Notes under the pieces: model-generated
What the model saw: only the letters and a program-made list of their open reading frames with translations
Database searches by the model: none
What the model was told of the DNA's origin: nothing
Assembly: GCA_020848905.1 (NCBI GenBank)
Contig: JADLHG010000017.1
Coordinates: 15,429 to 79,428, forward strand
Length of the DNA: 64,000 nucleotides
Reading direction: 5' to 3'
Source: Deltaproteobacteria bacterium
Lineage (GTDB): Bacteria; Myxococcota_A; Polyangia; GCA-2747355; JADLHG01
Program-made: the position numbers and the translations under genes
Shown: positions 19,822-29,268 of the stretch, in pieces
Layout: the number at the start of each line of letters is the position of its first letter
How positions within the stretch are numbered: position 1 is the first letter of the stretch

Positions 19822-20958
19822 GTGGAAGCGACCGCGAAGCTGCGACTACTGCAAGTGCTCGTCCGCACGGCCGTCACACGCGGCCGGGACGCGCTCAGCC
19901 ACCGCCTGGGTTTGGCCGCGGGCGCCGGGGACCAGTACGAGGAGGCCTTGAACGACGCGTACGTGCGGCGGGCCTGCGCGACGCTGGGGATCACCCGCCG
20001 CGAGCTCGGCGAGGTGATCGAGCTCGAGTATCGGGGCGCGAAGCGTCGCGTGCACGGCGAGTGGTTCGACATCGACTCGTACGCCACGGGGAAGCTGGCC
20101 AGCGACAAGCCGACCTGTTCGCGGCTCATGCGCGAGGCGGGGCTCCCGGTGCCGGACTTCGCCGCCGTCGAGGCCGGCGACGTGGGTGGGGCCATCGCGG
20201 CCTGCGCGCGCTGGCCGGGGAAGGTCGTGCTCAAGCCCGCCGTGGGGACGGGCGGCGGCCAGGGGGTCACGGCGGGGATCGTCCACGACGACCGCCGGGC
20301 CATTCGCGCGGCGCTGTGGAAGGCCTCGGCCTACAGCCGCTCGGTGATGGTCGAGCGGTTCATCGAGGGAGAGAACTACCGCTTCCTCGTCTGCATGGGG
20401 GAGCTCCTCTCCGTCGTGCGGCGCGTGCCGGCCTCGGTGGTCGGCGACGGGTCGGCCACGTTGCGGGAGCTCATCGACCGCGAGAGCGAGCGACGGCTGG
20501 CCAAGCTCAAGCGCCTCCCCGCGCTCGAGCATCCGATGCTCAACCCGATCCAGGTGGACGCTTCCCTCCTGAAGGAGAACGGCCACTCCATGTCCTCCGT
20601 CGTCGAGAAGGGAGCGCGCGTGCAGTGCCTGCGCGTGTGCAACCGGACCCCGGGCGGCGAGACCTTCGACATCACCTCCGAGGTGCACCCCGAGTTTCAG
20701 GACGTGGCCGTCCGCGCGGCCGAGGCGGTGGGGATCAATCTGGCGGGGCTGGACGTGATCTGCACCGGGGTCGACCGGCCGCTCGCCGCATCGGGCGCGG
20801 CGATCAACGAGATCAACACCACCCCGGGTCTGACGGCGCACTACGAGGTGACCAACACCGAGGCGCAGAAGGACGTGCTGGCGGTGCTGCTCCGCAGGAT
20901 GTTCCCCGCGCTGGCGAGCGCGTCGCAGAGCGTGGCCTCTCAGGCGCCTCCGACGTAG
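19822..20958 (+). CDS. stand-alone ATP-grasp enzyme resembling the G (ATP-grasp) domain of cyanophycin synthetase
   Basis: GTG start with GAGGAGAGGG upstream. [79 protein letters not shown] and [10 protein letters not shown] parallel CphA ATP-grasp motifs. No Mur-ligase-like M domain follows. Confidence 0.8.
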   Translation: MEATAKLRLLQVLVRTAVTRGRDALSHRLGLAAGAGDQYEEALNDAYVRRACATLGITRRELGEVIELEYRGAKRRVHGEWFDIDSYATGKLASDKPTCSRLMREAGLPVPDFAAVEAGDVGGAIAACARWPGKVVLKPAVGTGGGQGVTAGIVHDDRRAIRAALWKASAYSRSVMVERFIEGENYRFLVCMGELLSVVRRVPASVVGDGSATLRELIDRESERRLAKLKRLPALEHPMLNPIQVDASLLKENGHSMSSVVEKGARVQCLRVCNRTPGGETFDITSEVHPEFQDVAVRAAEAVGINLAGLDVICTGVDRPLAASGAAINEINTTPGLTAHYEVTNTEAQKDVLAVLLRRMFPALASASQSVASQAPPT

Positions 20959-22418
20959 ACCAGCGGCGCGAAGCGACCCCCCTTCGAGACGTTGACCACG
21001 AAGTCCGCCGCCGCGCGCGCGTAGGCGCCGCCGAAGGCGCCGTCGAAGGCCCAGGTGTTGACGTTCACGCGCTGCGGGCCGACGAAGAGCGAGGCGTCCT
21101 TGCGCACCGTCGGCCGCTCGTCCTCGCGCATCGGCACGTACTCCTGCGCGACGTAGCGTTGCCCGGGCTCTTGCGCGAGCGCGAGCGCGGCGGCCCAGGT
21201 CGGCTCGTCCACCCCCTGGCCGACCACCACGCCCTCGCCGCCGCAGCCGGCGTCCGGCTTGAGCACGAAGCGGGTGCGGTTTTCGCGCAGGAGGCCAACG
21301 AGCGGCACGCGCTGGCCTTCGAAGAGGACGGCCTCGGGGCGCACGATACGGGTCCAGGGGACGTGGCGTGCGATCGCCTCGTGCTGCGCGTCGGTGAAGA
21401 GGTGGCGGTGCTCCTCGGACTGCATCACGGCCATCACCGCCTTGAGGTCCACGACGTGGGCGCGGAAGGGATTGACCACCCCCACCGTCCCGCGTCGGTA
21501 GGCCTGCACGAGGGCGTGGGGCCCGCGCCCGAGGTAGAGCCGCGAGAGGGCACGGTCGGCGGCGGGGCTTCGCGCGCCCAGTTCGTCGGCCGCCTGGAGG
21601 AGCCGTTCCCGGAGCCGGGCCGGTCGGTCCGCGGCCGGGCGCGTGCGCAGATAGGCGGTCACGTCGTCGCGGTAGGCGAAGTCGATGGGGCGGCCTCGCG
21701 CCGTCAGGCGGTCACCGTCGAGGACGAGCTCCTCGGGCCCCGCGCAGAAGGCGTGCAGGCCCTCGGCCTCGAGGTGCCGCGCGATGAGATTGTGGTCGTT
21801 GGCGAGGGGCCCCTGGCGGTCTACGAGCAGAGCGAGCGCGAGCGGAGCGTCGGGGGCCCGGCCGCGGCTGCGGTTGTATTCCCCCATGGCGCGTCGCAAG
21901 GCCGTCGCGAAGTGCCCCACGAGGCGGTCGGTGGCGAAGCTCCCCCCCGAGGCGAGGGCGGCGTAGAGCGGCGATTGGGGCAATAGCTCGAGCAACCCCG
22001 TGTACGTCCCCATGCCCGAGGGGTCGTCGCAGTTGAACTCCAGGAACTTGAAGGCCCCCGTGGTGGCGTCGAGGATTCCGTCCATGCGCGTGACCACGGA
22101 GGTCCGCGCGTATCCGGGGTTCAAACGGGCGTGAAAGAGGAAGCGCGGCGGGACCTCGAGCTCCTGCGCCACCCGCGGGTCCTCGAAGAAGGCGCGGCCC
22201 ACGCGTTCGATGGCCCCGGCGAGCTGCTCCGTGGCGTGCGCCAGCAGCGGCCGGAGCTCGGCCTCGACGAAGACCGGAAAGAGGCTGCACGGCGAGGTCG
22301 CCAGCTCGACCTTGGCGAAGGCGAGCTGCTCCTCGGGCGAGGCGGAGCGATAGAGTTCGAGCATGCGTCGGTGCGCGTCGTCGGGGGTCGCGATGGGTGG
22401 GGGGCGCATGCCTTCCAT
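20940..22418 (-). CDS. circularly permuted type-2 ATP-grasp protein
   Basis: 492 aa. FKFLEFNCDDPSGMGTYTGL and FVLKPDAGCGGEGVVVG resemble CP_ATPgrasp_2 / glutathionylspermidine-synthase-like proteins. The 3' end overlaps the convergent ATP-grasp gene by 19 nt. Confidence 0.65.
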   Translation of the reverse strand: MEGMRPPPIATPDDAHRRMLELYRSASPEEQLAFAKVELATSPCSLFPVFVEAELRPLLAHATEQLAGAIERVGRAFFEDPRVAQELEVPPRFLFHARLNPGYARTSVVTRMDGILDATTGAFKFLEFNCDDPSGMGTYTGLLELLPQSPLYAALASGGSFATDRLVGHFATALRRAMGEYNRSRGRAPDAPLALALLVDRQGPLANDHNLIARHLEAEGLHAFCAGPEELVLDGDRLTARGRPIDFAYRDDVTAYLRTRPAADRPARLRERLLQAADELGARSPAADRALSRLYLGRGPHALVQAYRRGTVGVVNPFRAHVVDLKAVMAVMQSEEHRHLFTDAQHEAIARHVPWTRIVRPEAVLFEGQRVPLVGLLRENRTRFVLKPDAGCGGEGVVVGQGVDEPTWAAALALAQEPGQRYVAQEYVPMREDERPTVRKDASLFVGPQRVNVNTWAFDGAFGGAYARAAADFVVNVSKGGRFAPLVYVGGA

Positions 22419-22574
22419 TAATACACGACCCGCGCGGCTCCGTTAGGAAACTAACCCCACCGGCAGCGGCGCCAGAGCGCGCGTTCTCGGCGAGCGGCCG
22501 GGCCGCGTGCGGGTGAACCCGCGCCCGCGTGTGATTCTGCGCACCTTGAACTCCGTGGGCGAGGACCGCTCTGC

Positions 22575-22590
22575 TGGTACGCGCCTTGCT
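22575..22590 (+). promoter_or_regulatory. sigma54-type -24/-12 element TGGTAC-N5-TTGCT
   Basis: TGGTACGCGCCTTGCT. Sits 83 nt upstream of GTG 22674 (barrel plus metalloprotease genes). Confidence 0.45.
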
Positions 22591-22673
22591 CTATCTCGGT
22601 CTACGGGAGGGAGCGGAGTTCTTCGAGCCGCGCGCCGTCCTCCTTCGACCCGACGCAAAACGAGAGGTGCTCC

Positions 22674-23714
22674 GTGAGGCAGCATGCGTGCGGAGGTCGC
22701 GTGGTCGCGACCGCAGTGGTGGGGTGTGCCCTCGGCCTGGCCTTCGCGGGCGAGGCCCTGGCCCAGGCGCGGCTCGGAGACGCTGCCGTGGTCTCGAGCC
22801 CGTCCTCGGGGCTGCTCGGACGCTTCAAGGCCTCGGCGCTGCAGCTCACGACCTATCTCGGTACCGGCACCTTCGTTCGCGGCACCTATGCCGATAATCC
22901 GTACGTCAGCGAGGAGCTGGTCTTCTACCCCCGCTTCCGGCTCGGCCAGGGCTTCGACCTGCGGGCGCAGTGGGCGCTCGACTGCGAGCTCACGCAGCCG
23001 GATAACCGCAGCGGCCGACACTGCGCGCCGAGCGACCTGCGCCTCTCCGTCCACCGACCGGAGCTCTACCGCGACCCGTGGCTCAAGGGCCAGCTCAGCG
23101 CCGCCTTTCTCGTCTATCTGCCGACCTCCTCCGAGAGTCGCTTCAACCACACCGTCATGAACCTGCGGGCGCGCGCCGGCTACACGCTCCGTTTCTTCCG
23201 CGAGCGGCTCGAGCTGGCGTACGGCTTCGGCGTCCAGAAGTACCTGCCCACGCAGCGCGTGCGCGGCTACGGCCCCGACAGCGGCCCGCGGACCAGCTCG
23301 GACAACCTGCCCCTCGTCCTCAGCCGCAGCAGCGCCGGTACCGAGGGGAGCGTCGGCTCGGGTGGCGCGCTCAACGACAACTGGCTCTTCGTGAACAGCG
23401 TCAACGTGGCCTTCCACTTCTCGCCGCGGTGGTCGGCGGCCCTCGACTTCGGCCTCTACAACTACGTGCGCTTCTCGGTGGCGGACGCCTTCTCCGACCC
23501 GGAAAAGCTGCGGACGGGCCGGGCCGACTGGACCTCCGGCAGCCTCGAGGTCGCCTACCGGCCTCTCGACCGCGTCGTCGTCGCCGCGGGGGTGGCGAGC
23601 CTGCAACCTGCGCTCACCGCGGACGGGAAGTCCGTTCGCTTTCCGTTCTACGACTTCATCTCCCCGACCAGCAACTTCACGAAGTGGCATCTGACCGCCA
23701 CGGTCACGTACTGA
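22674..23714 (+). CDS. putative outer-membrane beta-barrel protein
   Basis: GTG start with GAGAGG 7 nt upstream. Signal peptide VVATAVVGCALGLAFAGEALAQA. Alternating hydrophobic strands. C-terminal ...HLTATVTY has an aromatic terminus. Confidence 0.5.
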   Translation: MRQHACGGRVVATAVVGCALGLAFAGEALAQARLGDAAVVSSPSSGLLGRFKASALQLTTYLGTGTFVRGTYADNPYVSEELVFYPRFRLGQGFDLRAQWALDCELTQPDNRSGRHCAPSDLRLSVHRPELYRDPWLKGQLSAAFLVYLPTSSESRFNHTVMNLRARAGYTLRFFRERLELAYGFGVQKYLPTQRVRGYGPDSGPRTSSDNLPLVLSRSSAGTEGSVGSGGALNDNWLFVNSVNVAFHFSPRWSAALDFGLYNYVRFSVADAFSDPEKLRTGRADWTSGSLEVAYRPLDRVVVAAGVASLQPALTADGKSVRFPFYDFISPTSNFTKWHLTATVTY

Positions 23715-23730
23715 AGAAAGGGGCCGCACC

Positions 23731-26700
23731 ATGAGAGAGACCTTGGCTGTGGGCAGAAGATGGCTCGCCCTGATGGGTTCGATCGCCGCGCTCGGGCTCG
23801 TCGGCTGCGCCGGCGAGGAGGACATCGACCGGACCCAGCCGAACCGGTTGCCGAAGGCCATGTTCGACGGCACCTGGTACATGCGGAGCACGGTGATCGG
23901 CGTCCCCGCCACCTCGGCCGCCGCCTTCGTGGGCGAGACGGGCGACCTGGAGAAGGTGCGCTGGGAAATCCAGGAGAACTACCTGGTGGCGTACCGGGCC
24001 TACGAGGAGATCCCCGGGATCGATTCGGCCAAGAAGGCGAGCTCGACGGACCCGAAGGGGAACGCGTACCGGGAGAACCCGGTGGCGGTGTTCCGCATCC
24101 AGAGCCACTTCGACGTCAAGCGGGACTACAACCCGATGACGGGGGAGCAGACCAACGTGATCGTCGAGAACTCGACCGATCGCCCCTGGCACGAGCGGCA
24201 GTATATGCGCGTGGACTGGGCCGAGAGCCAGGTGGACCGCCGTCAGTTCAGCAACGTGGCGGGGGACACGATTGGCGCAGGCGCCGTCTTCTACGTGCAG
24301 CAGCACGAGGGGAGCCCGGACGCGATGCGGATCCTCGACCGCGAGGGCCAGCGCGTGAGCCTCGACCGGCTGAGCACGATCGGAGGGACCCTTCCCGAGG
24401 TGGCGTACTTCGACCTCGTGGGGCGCCACGTCCTCGAGCCGGACAAGGTGACCGTTCCCACCGAGGGGGGCGGCTCGCGCAAGGCCAACCTCTGCATCTT
24501 CATCCGCTACGACAGCGCGAACTATCAGACGACGACTTGCGGACCGACGGAGATCAAGGTCCGGACGGCCTTCATGAAGGTCAAACCCTCGACCTACGAG
24601 CCGCTGCCGCTGCCGAATACCGACATGGGGAAGTTCGGCTTCTTTCGTACCGAACGGTATACCTACGATCGCAAGTACGGTTTCACGGAATCGGGGCGCC
24701 TCTATCTCGCTAATCGCCACAACATCTGGGAGACGGCCTACGAGCTGGACCCGAGCGGGGCGCCGGTCCTCAAGGACGGCAAGCTCGTGCCGCTGCCGAT
24801 GAAGCAGAGGGTGCCGAAGCCCGTCACCTACCACCTGAGCCCCGGCTTCCCCTGCGAGATGGTCGGCGCGGCGCAGGCCGTGGCCGGGAGCTGGAACGGC
24901 GCCTTCCGTCGGGCGGTGGCGGTCGCCAAGGGGCTGCTCACCAGATCCTCCGGGGAGACGGACAAGGACCTGGCGAAGGTGCCGAAGAGCGGCGCCAGCC
25001 CGGCGGACCACGTGCCCGACATGTTCCGCCTCGACCTGAACGGCTGGGTGCAGAAGCGCCCCGGCGACGACTTCTCGTGCGCGAACCTCGAGCGCGATAC
25101 CGCGAGGGAGGTGGCCCGGCTCGGAGACCTCAGGTTCAGCTTCCTGGCCTGGATCGCGGACCGTCAGATCACGGGGCCCCTCGGCTTCGGTCCGTCGTCG
25201 GCCGACCCCGAGACGGGTGAGATCGTGGCCGGGATGGCGCACCTCTACGGCGCGGCGCTCGACGAGAAGGCGACGCGGGCGCTCGAGATCGTCCGCATGC
25301 TCAACGGCGACCTGACCCCCGACGTGGCGGTGAGCGCCGACGACGTGCGGAGCTACATCGAGAAGAACCAGGTCCAGATCGACCCGACCCGCATCCCGAA
25401 GGAGGCAGCGGCGCTGAAGGGGGCGGAGGTGCAGAAGCTCTTCGTGACGCCGAAGGTGGCGGCCAAGCTGGACACGATCCGGACGCAGGGCTTCGAGAAG
25501 GCCATTCCCGGGGCCGAGCAGCGCCGCTTCGAGGCGCTCAAGGGGACGGGCCTCGAGCAGGCGCTGGTCGACGAGGAGGTCATCTCCGGGGCGGCGTCCA
25601 CGCTGCTCGCGGGGCTCCCCGTGGCGGCGCGCGACAAACTGCCCAAAGAGGCGCTGGAGGCGCTCTCCCCCCTCAAGTGGGCCTCGCCCGAAGCGCACGC
25701 GCTCGAGCACCTGCGCCGCGAGACGGCCTCGAAGCACTGCATCTGGCTGGCGGAGTTCTCCGACGACTCGGTGGCCGGCCTCGCGCTCGAGGTCTGGAAG
25801 CGGTGGGGCAAGGAGAAGAACTACGAGGCGATGTGGCAGTACCTGCGCGAGCAGCTCTTTCGCGGCGTGGCGGAGCACGAGGTGGGACACACGCTCGGGC
25901 TGCGGCACAACTTCGCCGGCTCGTACGACAGCCTCAACTACTTCAACCGCTGGTGGCAGCTCCGCGAGAAGCCGGACGCCGCGGGCCACGGCGGGCTCAT
26001 CGAGCGCAACGCGCTCTCAACCGACGGCCAGCTCACCTTCGGGCAGCTCCAGAGCCAGTCGATCCAGACCGAGGCGCAGAAGGCCGGCCGCATGCGCGAG
26101 TACCAGTACTCGTCGATCATGGACTACCACGCCAAGTTCAACGGCAAGATCCAGGGGGTCGGGAAGTACGACGAGGCGGCGATCCTCTTCGGCTACGCGG
26201 GGCAGGTGGAGGTCTTCGCCGCGCCGCCGAGCGACGCGAAGCTGGTTCTCCGGCAGCGCAGCACGAGCTGCGACCCGCGCTTCGAGAGCATCCCGAACCC
26301 GGCCTACGCGGCGCCGCTCGAGCAGTGGCACTACAGCTCGCTCTGGAACGTGCTCGGCAAGACCCGCGGCGTGGTGGAGCGGCGCTTCACCCCGTGGGCC
26401 ACGCTGAAGCAGAAGCAGCAGGGGGCCACCGAGGCGTGCAAGAAGTACGTCGCCGCGGGCAAGGGGGCGGCCAAGGACTTCACCCAGCTCAGCGAACCCG
26501 AGCGAGAGCTCGAGGTGCCCTACATGTTCTGCTCGGACGAGTACGTCGACGCGACGGTGAGCTGCCACCGCTGGGACGAGGGGGCGGACCCGCGCGAGAT
26601 CGTGCAGAGCGTGTCGAGCGGCTACAAGAACTACTACTACTTCAATAACTACAAGCGAGACCGCTTCGGTTTCGATCCGCTTATCGCCTACCGCACCATG

Positions 26701-27765
26701 AAAGACCGCTATTTCTCGTACCTGCCCAACATCTACCAGCATTGGCTCTTCCGGGTGGCGAGCTTCGGCCTGGACGATACGACGCTCGAGAACTACTGGA
26801 CTATGGGGACCTGGCAGGGCTTCAACCTGCTCCTCGACGTGGTGTCGCGCCCGCAGTACGGCACCTATTGCCGCGCCGGCGCCGACGGCAAGTGCAACGC
26901 GAGCGGGGCGAGCTGGAAGATGGTGAGCGAGGAGACGGCGCCGACCAAGCAGGAGGGGCACGTGGTGGTGCCGCGCGGCGAGGGGCGGCGGCGCTTCAGC
27001 CGGTTCGATCACCGGTCGGGCTACTACTTCCAGTACCAGACCCTCGAGATGGGGCACTTCTGGGAGTACCTGGCGGCGCTCCAGACCTTGACCACCTCGA
27101 CGGGGACCTTCGTGGGGGTGGAGGTGAGCTCGGACTTCAACCGCTACGTGATTCCGTACTACATCGTCTTCGAGGACCAGCTCACCAAGCACTTCGAGGG
27201 AGTGGTCACCGACAACTACGAGGCCTACGGGCCGCGGGTGGTGAACGGGAAGCTGCAGATGTTGCCGGCGGCCACTTTGCGGCTAAATAACGGCAAAGAG
27301 CTGGACCCGGCCACGGGCCAGGAGATCGCGGTCGAGGCGCGGCAAAATGGCCAGACGGTGAACCTGGACAACTGGTTCTCGGCCAAGATCTGGGCCCTGC
27401 GGGAGGGGATGAGCGAGTTCCGCAGCCGGTACAGCCTGCGCTTCGCGGACCGCCAGATGATCTTTCGGGTCGGAACGGGGGAAGAGGTCAAGGCGGGGGA
27501 GGGGCACGTGCAGGCCAGCTGCACCGACCCGGTGGGGGGACAGATCTACGGCACGCTCCAGGACCCGTCGGCACCGGAGGCGGAGCAGGGGACCGCGGTG
27601 CAGCTCATCGCCCGCTGCCGGCGCGAGGCCGAGGCCTACCTGACGGCGAAGCAGGGGGGTAACGCGACCGCCACCATGCGCGCGCGGTCGGCGCTGAACG
27701 AGACGATCGAGTGGCTGAACTTCCTGCGGTCCTTCTACAAGGTCTACGGACAGAACATGGACTGA
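23731..27765 (+). CDS. large zinc-dependent metalloprotease lipoprotein (met-zincin, HExxHxxGxxH)
   Basis: 1344 aa. Lipobox AALGLVGC. AEHEVGHTLGLRHNFAGS is a zinc-binding motif. Sits 16 nt downstream of the barrel gene. Confidence 0.85.
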   Translation: MRETLAVGRRWLALMGSIAALGLVGCAGEEDIDRTQPNRLPKAMFDGTWYMRSTVIGVPATSAAAFVGETGDLEKVRWEIQENYLVAYRAYEEIPGIDSAKKASSTDPKGNAYRENPVAVFRIQSHFDVKRDYNPMTGEQTNVIVENSTDRPWHERQYMRVDWAESQVDRRQFSNVAGDTIGAGAVFYVQQHEGSPDAMRILDREGQRVSLDRLSTIGGTLPEVAYFDLVGRHVLEPDKVTVPTEGGGSRKANLCIFIRYDSANYQTTTCGPTEIKVRTAFMKVKPSTYEPLPLPNTDMGKFGFFRTERYTYDRKYGFTESGRLYLANRHNIWETAYELDPSGAPVLKDGKLVPLPMKQRVPKPVTYHLSPGFPCEMVGAAQAVAGSWNGAFRRAVAVAKGLLTRSSGETDKDLAKVPKSGASPADHVPDMFRLDLNGWVQKRPGDDFSCANLERDTAREVARLGDLRFSFLAWIADRQITGPLGFGPSSADPETGEIVAGMAHLYGAALDEKATRALEIVRMLNGDLTPDVAVSADDVRSYIEKNQVQIDPTRIPKEAAALKGAEVQKLFVTPKVAAKLDTIRTQGFEKAIPGAEQRRFEALKGTGLEQALVDEEVISGAASTLLAGLPVAARDKLPKEALEALSPLKWASPEAHALEHLRRETASKHCIWLAEFSDDSVAGLALEVWKRWGKEKNYEAMWQYLREQLFRGVAEHEVGHTLGLRHNFAGSYDSLNYFNRWWQLREKPDAAGHGGLIERNALSTDGQLTFGQLQSQSIQTEAQKAGRMREYQYSSIMDYHAKFNGKIQGVGKYDEAAILFGYAGQVEVFAAPPSDAKLVLRQRSTSCDPRFESIPNPAYAAPLEQWHYSSLWNVLGKTRGVVERRFTPWATLKQKQQGATEACKKYVAAGKGAAKDFTQLSEPERELEVPYMFCSDEYVDATVSCHRWDEGADPREIVQSVSSGYKNYYYFNNYKRDRFGFDPLIAYRTMKDRYFSYLPNIYQHWLFRVASFGLDDTTLENYWTMGTWQGFNLLLDVVSRPQYGTYCRAGADGKCNASGASWKMVSEETAPTKQEGHVVVPRGEGRRRFSRFDHRSGYYFQYQTLEMGHFWEYLAALQTLTTSTGTFVGVEVSSDFNRYVIPYYIVFEDQLTKHFEGVVTDNYEAYGPRVVNGKLQMLPAATLRLNNGKELDPATGQEIAVEARQNGQTVNLDNWFSAKIWALREGMSEFRSRYSLRFADRQMIFRVGTGEEVKAGEGHVQASCTDPVGGQIYGTLQDPSAPEAEQGTAVQLIARCRREAEAYLTAKQGGNATATMRARSALNETIEWLNFLRSFYKVYGQNMD

Positions 27766-27844
27766 CGGACCGTTTGGACCTGCTCGGCTCTTCTCCGTCG
27801 CGTCCGAACCGACAGCTACACAGCAGGGCGGCCTTGCCCCGAGG

Positions 27845-29260
27845 TTGGGCTCGGGCGAAGATGCTGCGGTGACGGCAGATAGCGGCGCGACTCTCGAACG
27901 GCGGCTCGGCGTCTTCTCGGCCACGACGATCATTGTGGGCTCGATGATCGGTTCGGGGATCTTCATCGCGCCGTCGATCATGGCCGGGCTGGTGGGGACG
28001 CCGGGGGTCTACCTCGCGCTCTGGCTGGCCGCGGGGGTCTTCACCCTGCTCGGGGCGGTGAGCTACGGCGAGCTCTGCGGGATGCTGCCGCGGGCGGGAG
28101 GACAGTACGTCTTTCTGCGCGAGGCCTTCGGGCCGCTCGTGGCCTACCTCTACGGCTGGACCTTCTTCACGGTGATCCAGACCGGCACCGCGGCGGCGGT
28201 GGCTATCGCGTTCGCGAAGTTTCTGGGGGGCCTCGGGCTCGGCGTAGGGGAGGAGCAGGTGATCTTCTCGGCCGGCCCGGTGACGATCTCCACCGCGCAG
28301 CTCGCGGCGGTGGGGGTCGTGCTCTTTCTCACCTGGGTGACCGGCCGGGGGGTGAAGCAAGGGGCGCTGGTCCAGGACAGCGCCACGGTGCTGAAGGTAG
28401 GCGCCATCCTCGCGTTGATCGTCCTCGGTTTCTGGCTCGGCAAGGGGAGCAGCGCGAACTTCGTGCCGCTGGTCGGGGCGCAGGTGGGCTCGCGCGCCGG
28501 CGAGCTCGGGTTCTGGGCCGCCGTGGGGCTCGCCCTCTCGAAGGCGCTCTTCGCCTACGACGCCTGGAACACGGTGGGGTTCGTGGCGGAGGAGACGCGC
28601 GATCCCGGACGCAATCTGCCGCGCGCGCTGGTGGCCGGCACCTTGCTCGTGACGGTGGTCTATACGGCTATTTGCGCCGTATATCTTTATCTGTTTCCGC
28701 TCGAGCGGATGGCGGGCCTCCCCGAGAACCGCGTGGGCGCCGAGGTGGGGGGGCTGCTCTTCGGGCCGTTCGGCATCAAGGCCGTCTCGGTGGCGGCGCT
28801 GGTCTCCACCTTCGGCTGCCTCAACGGCGTCCTGCTCGGCGGAGGGCGCGTGCTCTACGCCATGGCGCGAGACCGGCTCTTCTTTCGAGGGTGCGCGGAG
28901 GTGCATCCGCGCTTTCACACGCCGGTGCGGGCGCTCTGGGTGCAGGGGGCGTGGACGGCGGTGCTCGCCCTCTCCGGCAGCTACAGCCGGCTCCTGACCT
29001 ACGTCATCTTCGCTTCGACCGCCTTCAACGTGGCCACCGTGGCGGCGGTGCTGGTGCTGCGACGCAAGCTTCCGGAGGCCGAGCGGCCCTACCGCGTCTG
29101 GGGCTATCCGCTGCCGCCGCTCCTCTTCGTGGCGGGGGGGCTGCTCTTTTCGGGCTACATGGCGGTGGGCGACCCCCTGGCGAGCCTGGCGGGGGTGGGC
29201 CTGGTGCTCCTCGGGCTGCCGGCGTATGCGCTCTTCCGCCGACGGGCGACGGTGGCGTGA
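27845..29260 (+). CDS. APC-family amino-acid permease
   Basis: SATTIIVGSMIGSGIFIAPS signature, about 12 TM helices. Start is TTG 27845 or GTG 27869. Confidence 0.9.
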   Translation: MGSGEDAAVTADSGATLERRLGVFSATTIIVGSMIGSGIFIAPSIMAGLVGTPGVYLALWLAAGVFTLLGAVSYGELCGMLPRAGGQYVFLREAFGPLVAYLYGWTFFTVIQTGTAAAVAIAFAKFLGGLGLGVGEEQVIFSAGPVTISTAQLAAVGVVLFLTWVTGRGVKQGALVQDSATVLKVGAILALIVLGFWLGKGSSANFVPLVGAQVGSRAGELGFWAAVGLALSKALFAYDAWNTVGFVAEETRDPGRNLPRALVAGTLLVTVVYTAICAVYLYLFPLERMAGLPENRVGAEVGGLLFGPFGIKAVSVAALVSTFGCLNGVLLGGGRVLYAMARDRLFFRGCAEVHPRFHTPVRALWVQGAWTAVLALSGSYSRLLTYVIFASTAFNVATVAAVLVLRRKLPEAERPYRVWGYPLPPLLFVAGGLLFSGYMAVGDPLASLAGVGLVLLGLPAYALFRRRATVA

Positions 29261-29268
29261 GGGATGCG

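Noticed and set aside
19686-20303. 206-codon N-terminal extension of the AOR open frame. Analogous upstream extensions occur in ORFs 6178-8130, 28672-31644, 33101-34801, 34113-36803, 37982-39841, 39203-40126, 43204-44103, 43521-44984 and 58809-61304.
   Set aside because: The extensions overlap neighbouring genes or intergenic promoters and lack similarity to the respective families. Internal starts give proper signal peptides or lipoboxes, or N-termini typical of each family, often with an SD sequence.
22419-22673. Small precursor-peptide (graspetide/RiPP) ORF next to the ATP-grasp genes. I also checked 19686-19821.
   Set aside because: No short ORF with an SD sequence and a Thr/Ser/Asp/Glu/Lys-rich core is visible in either intergenic region. 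The only ORFs there are out-of-frame overlaps with the barrel gene.
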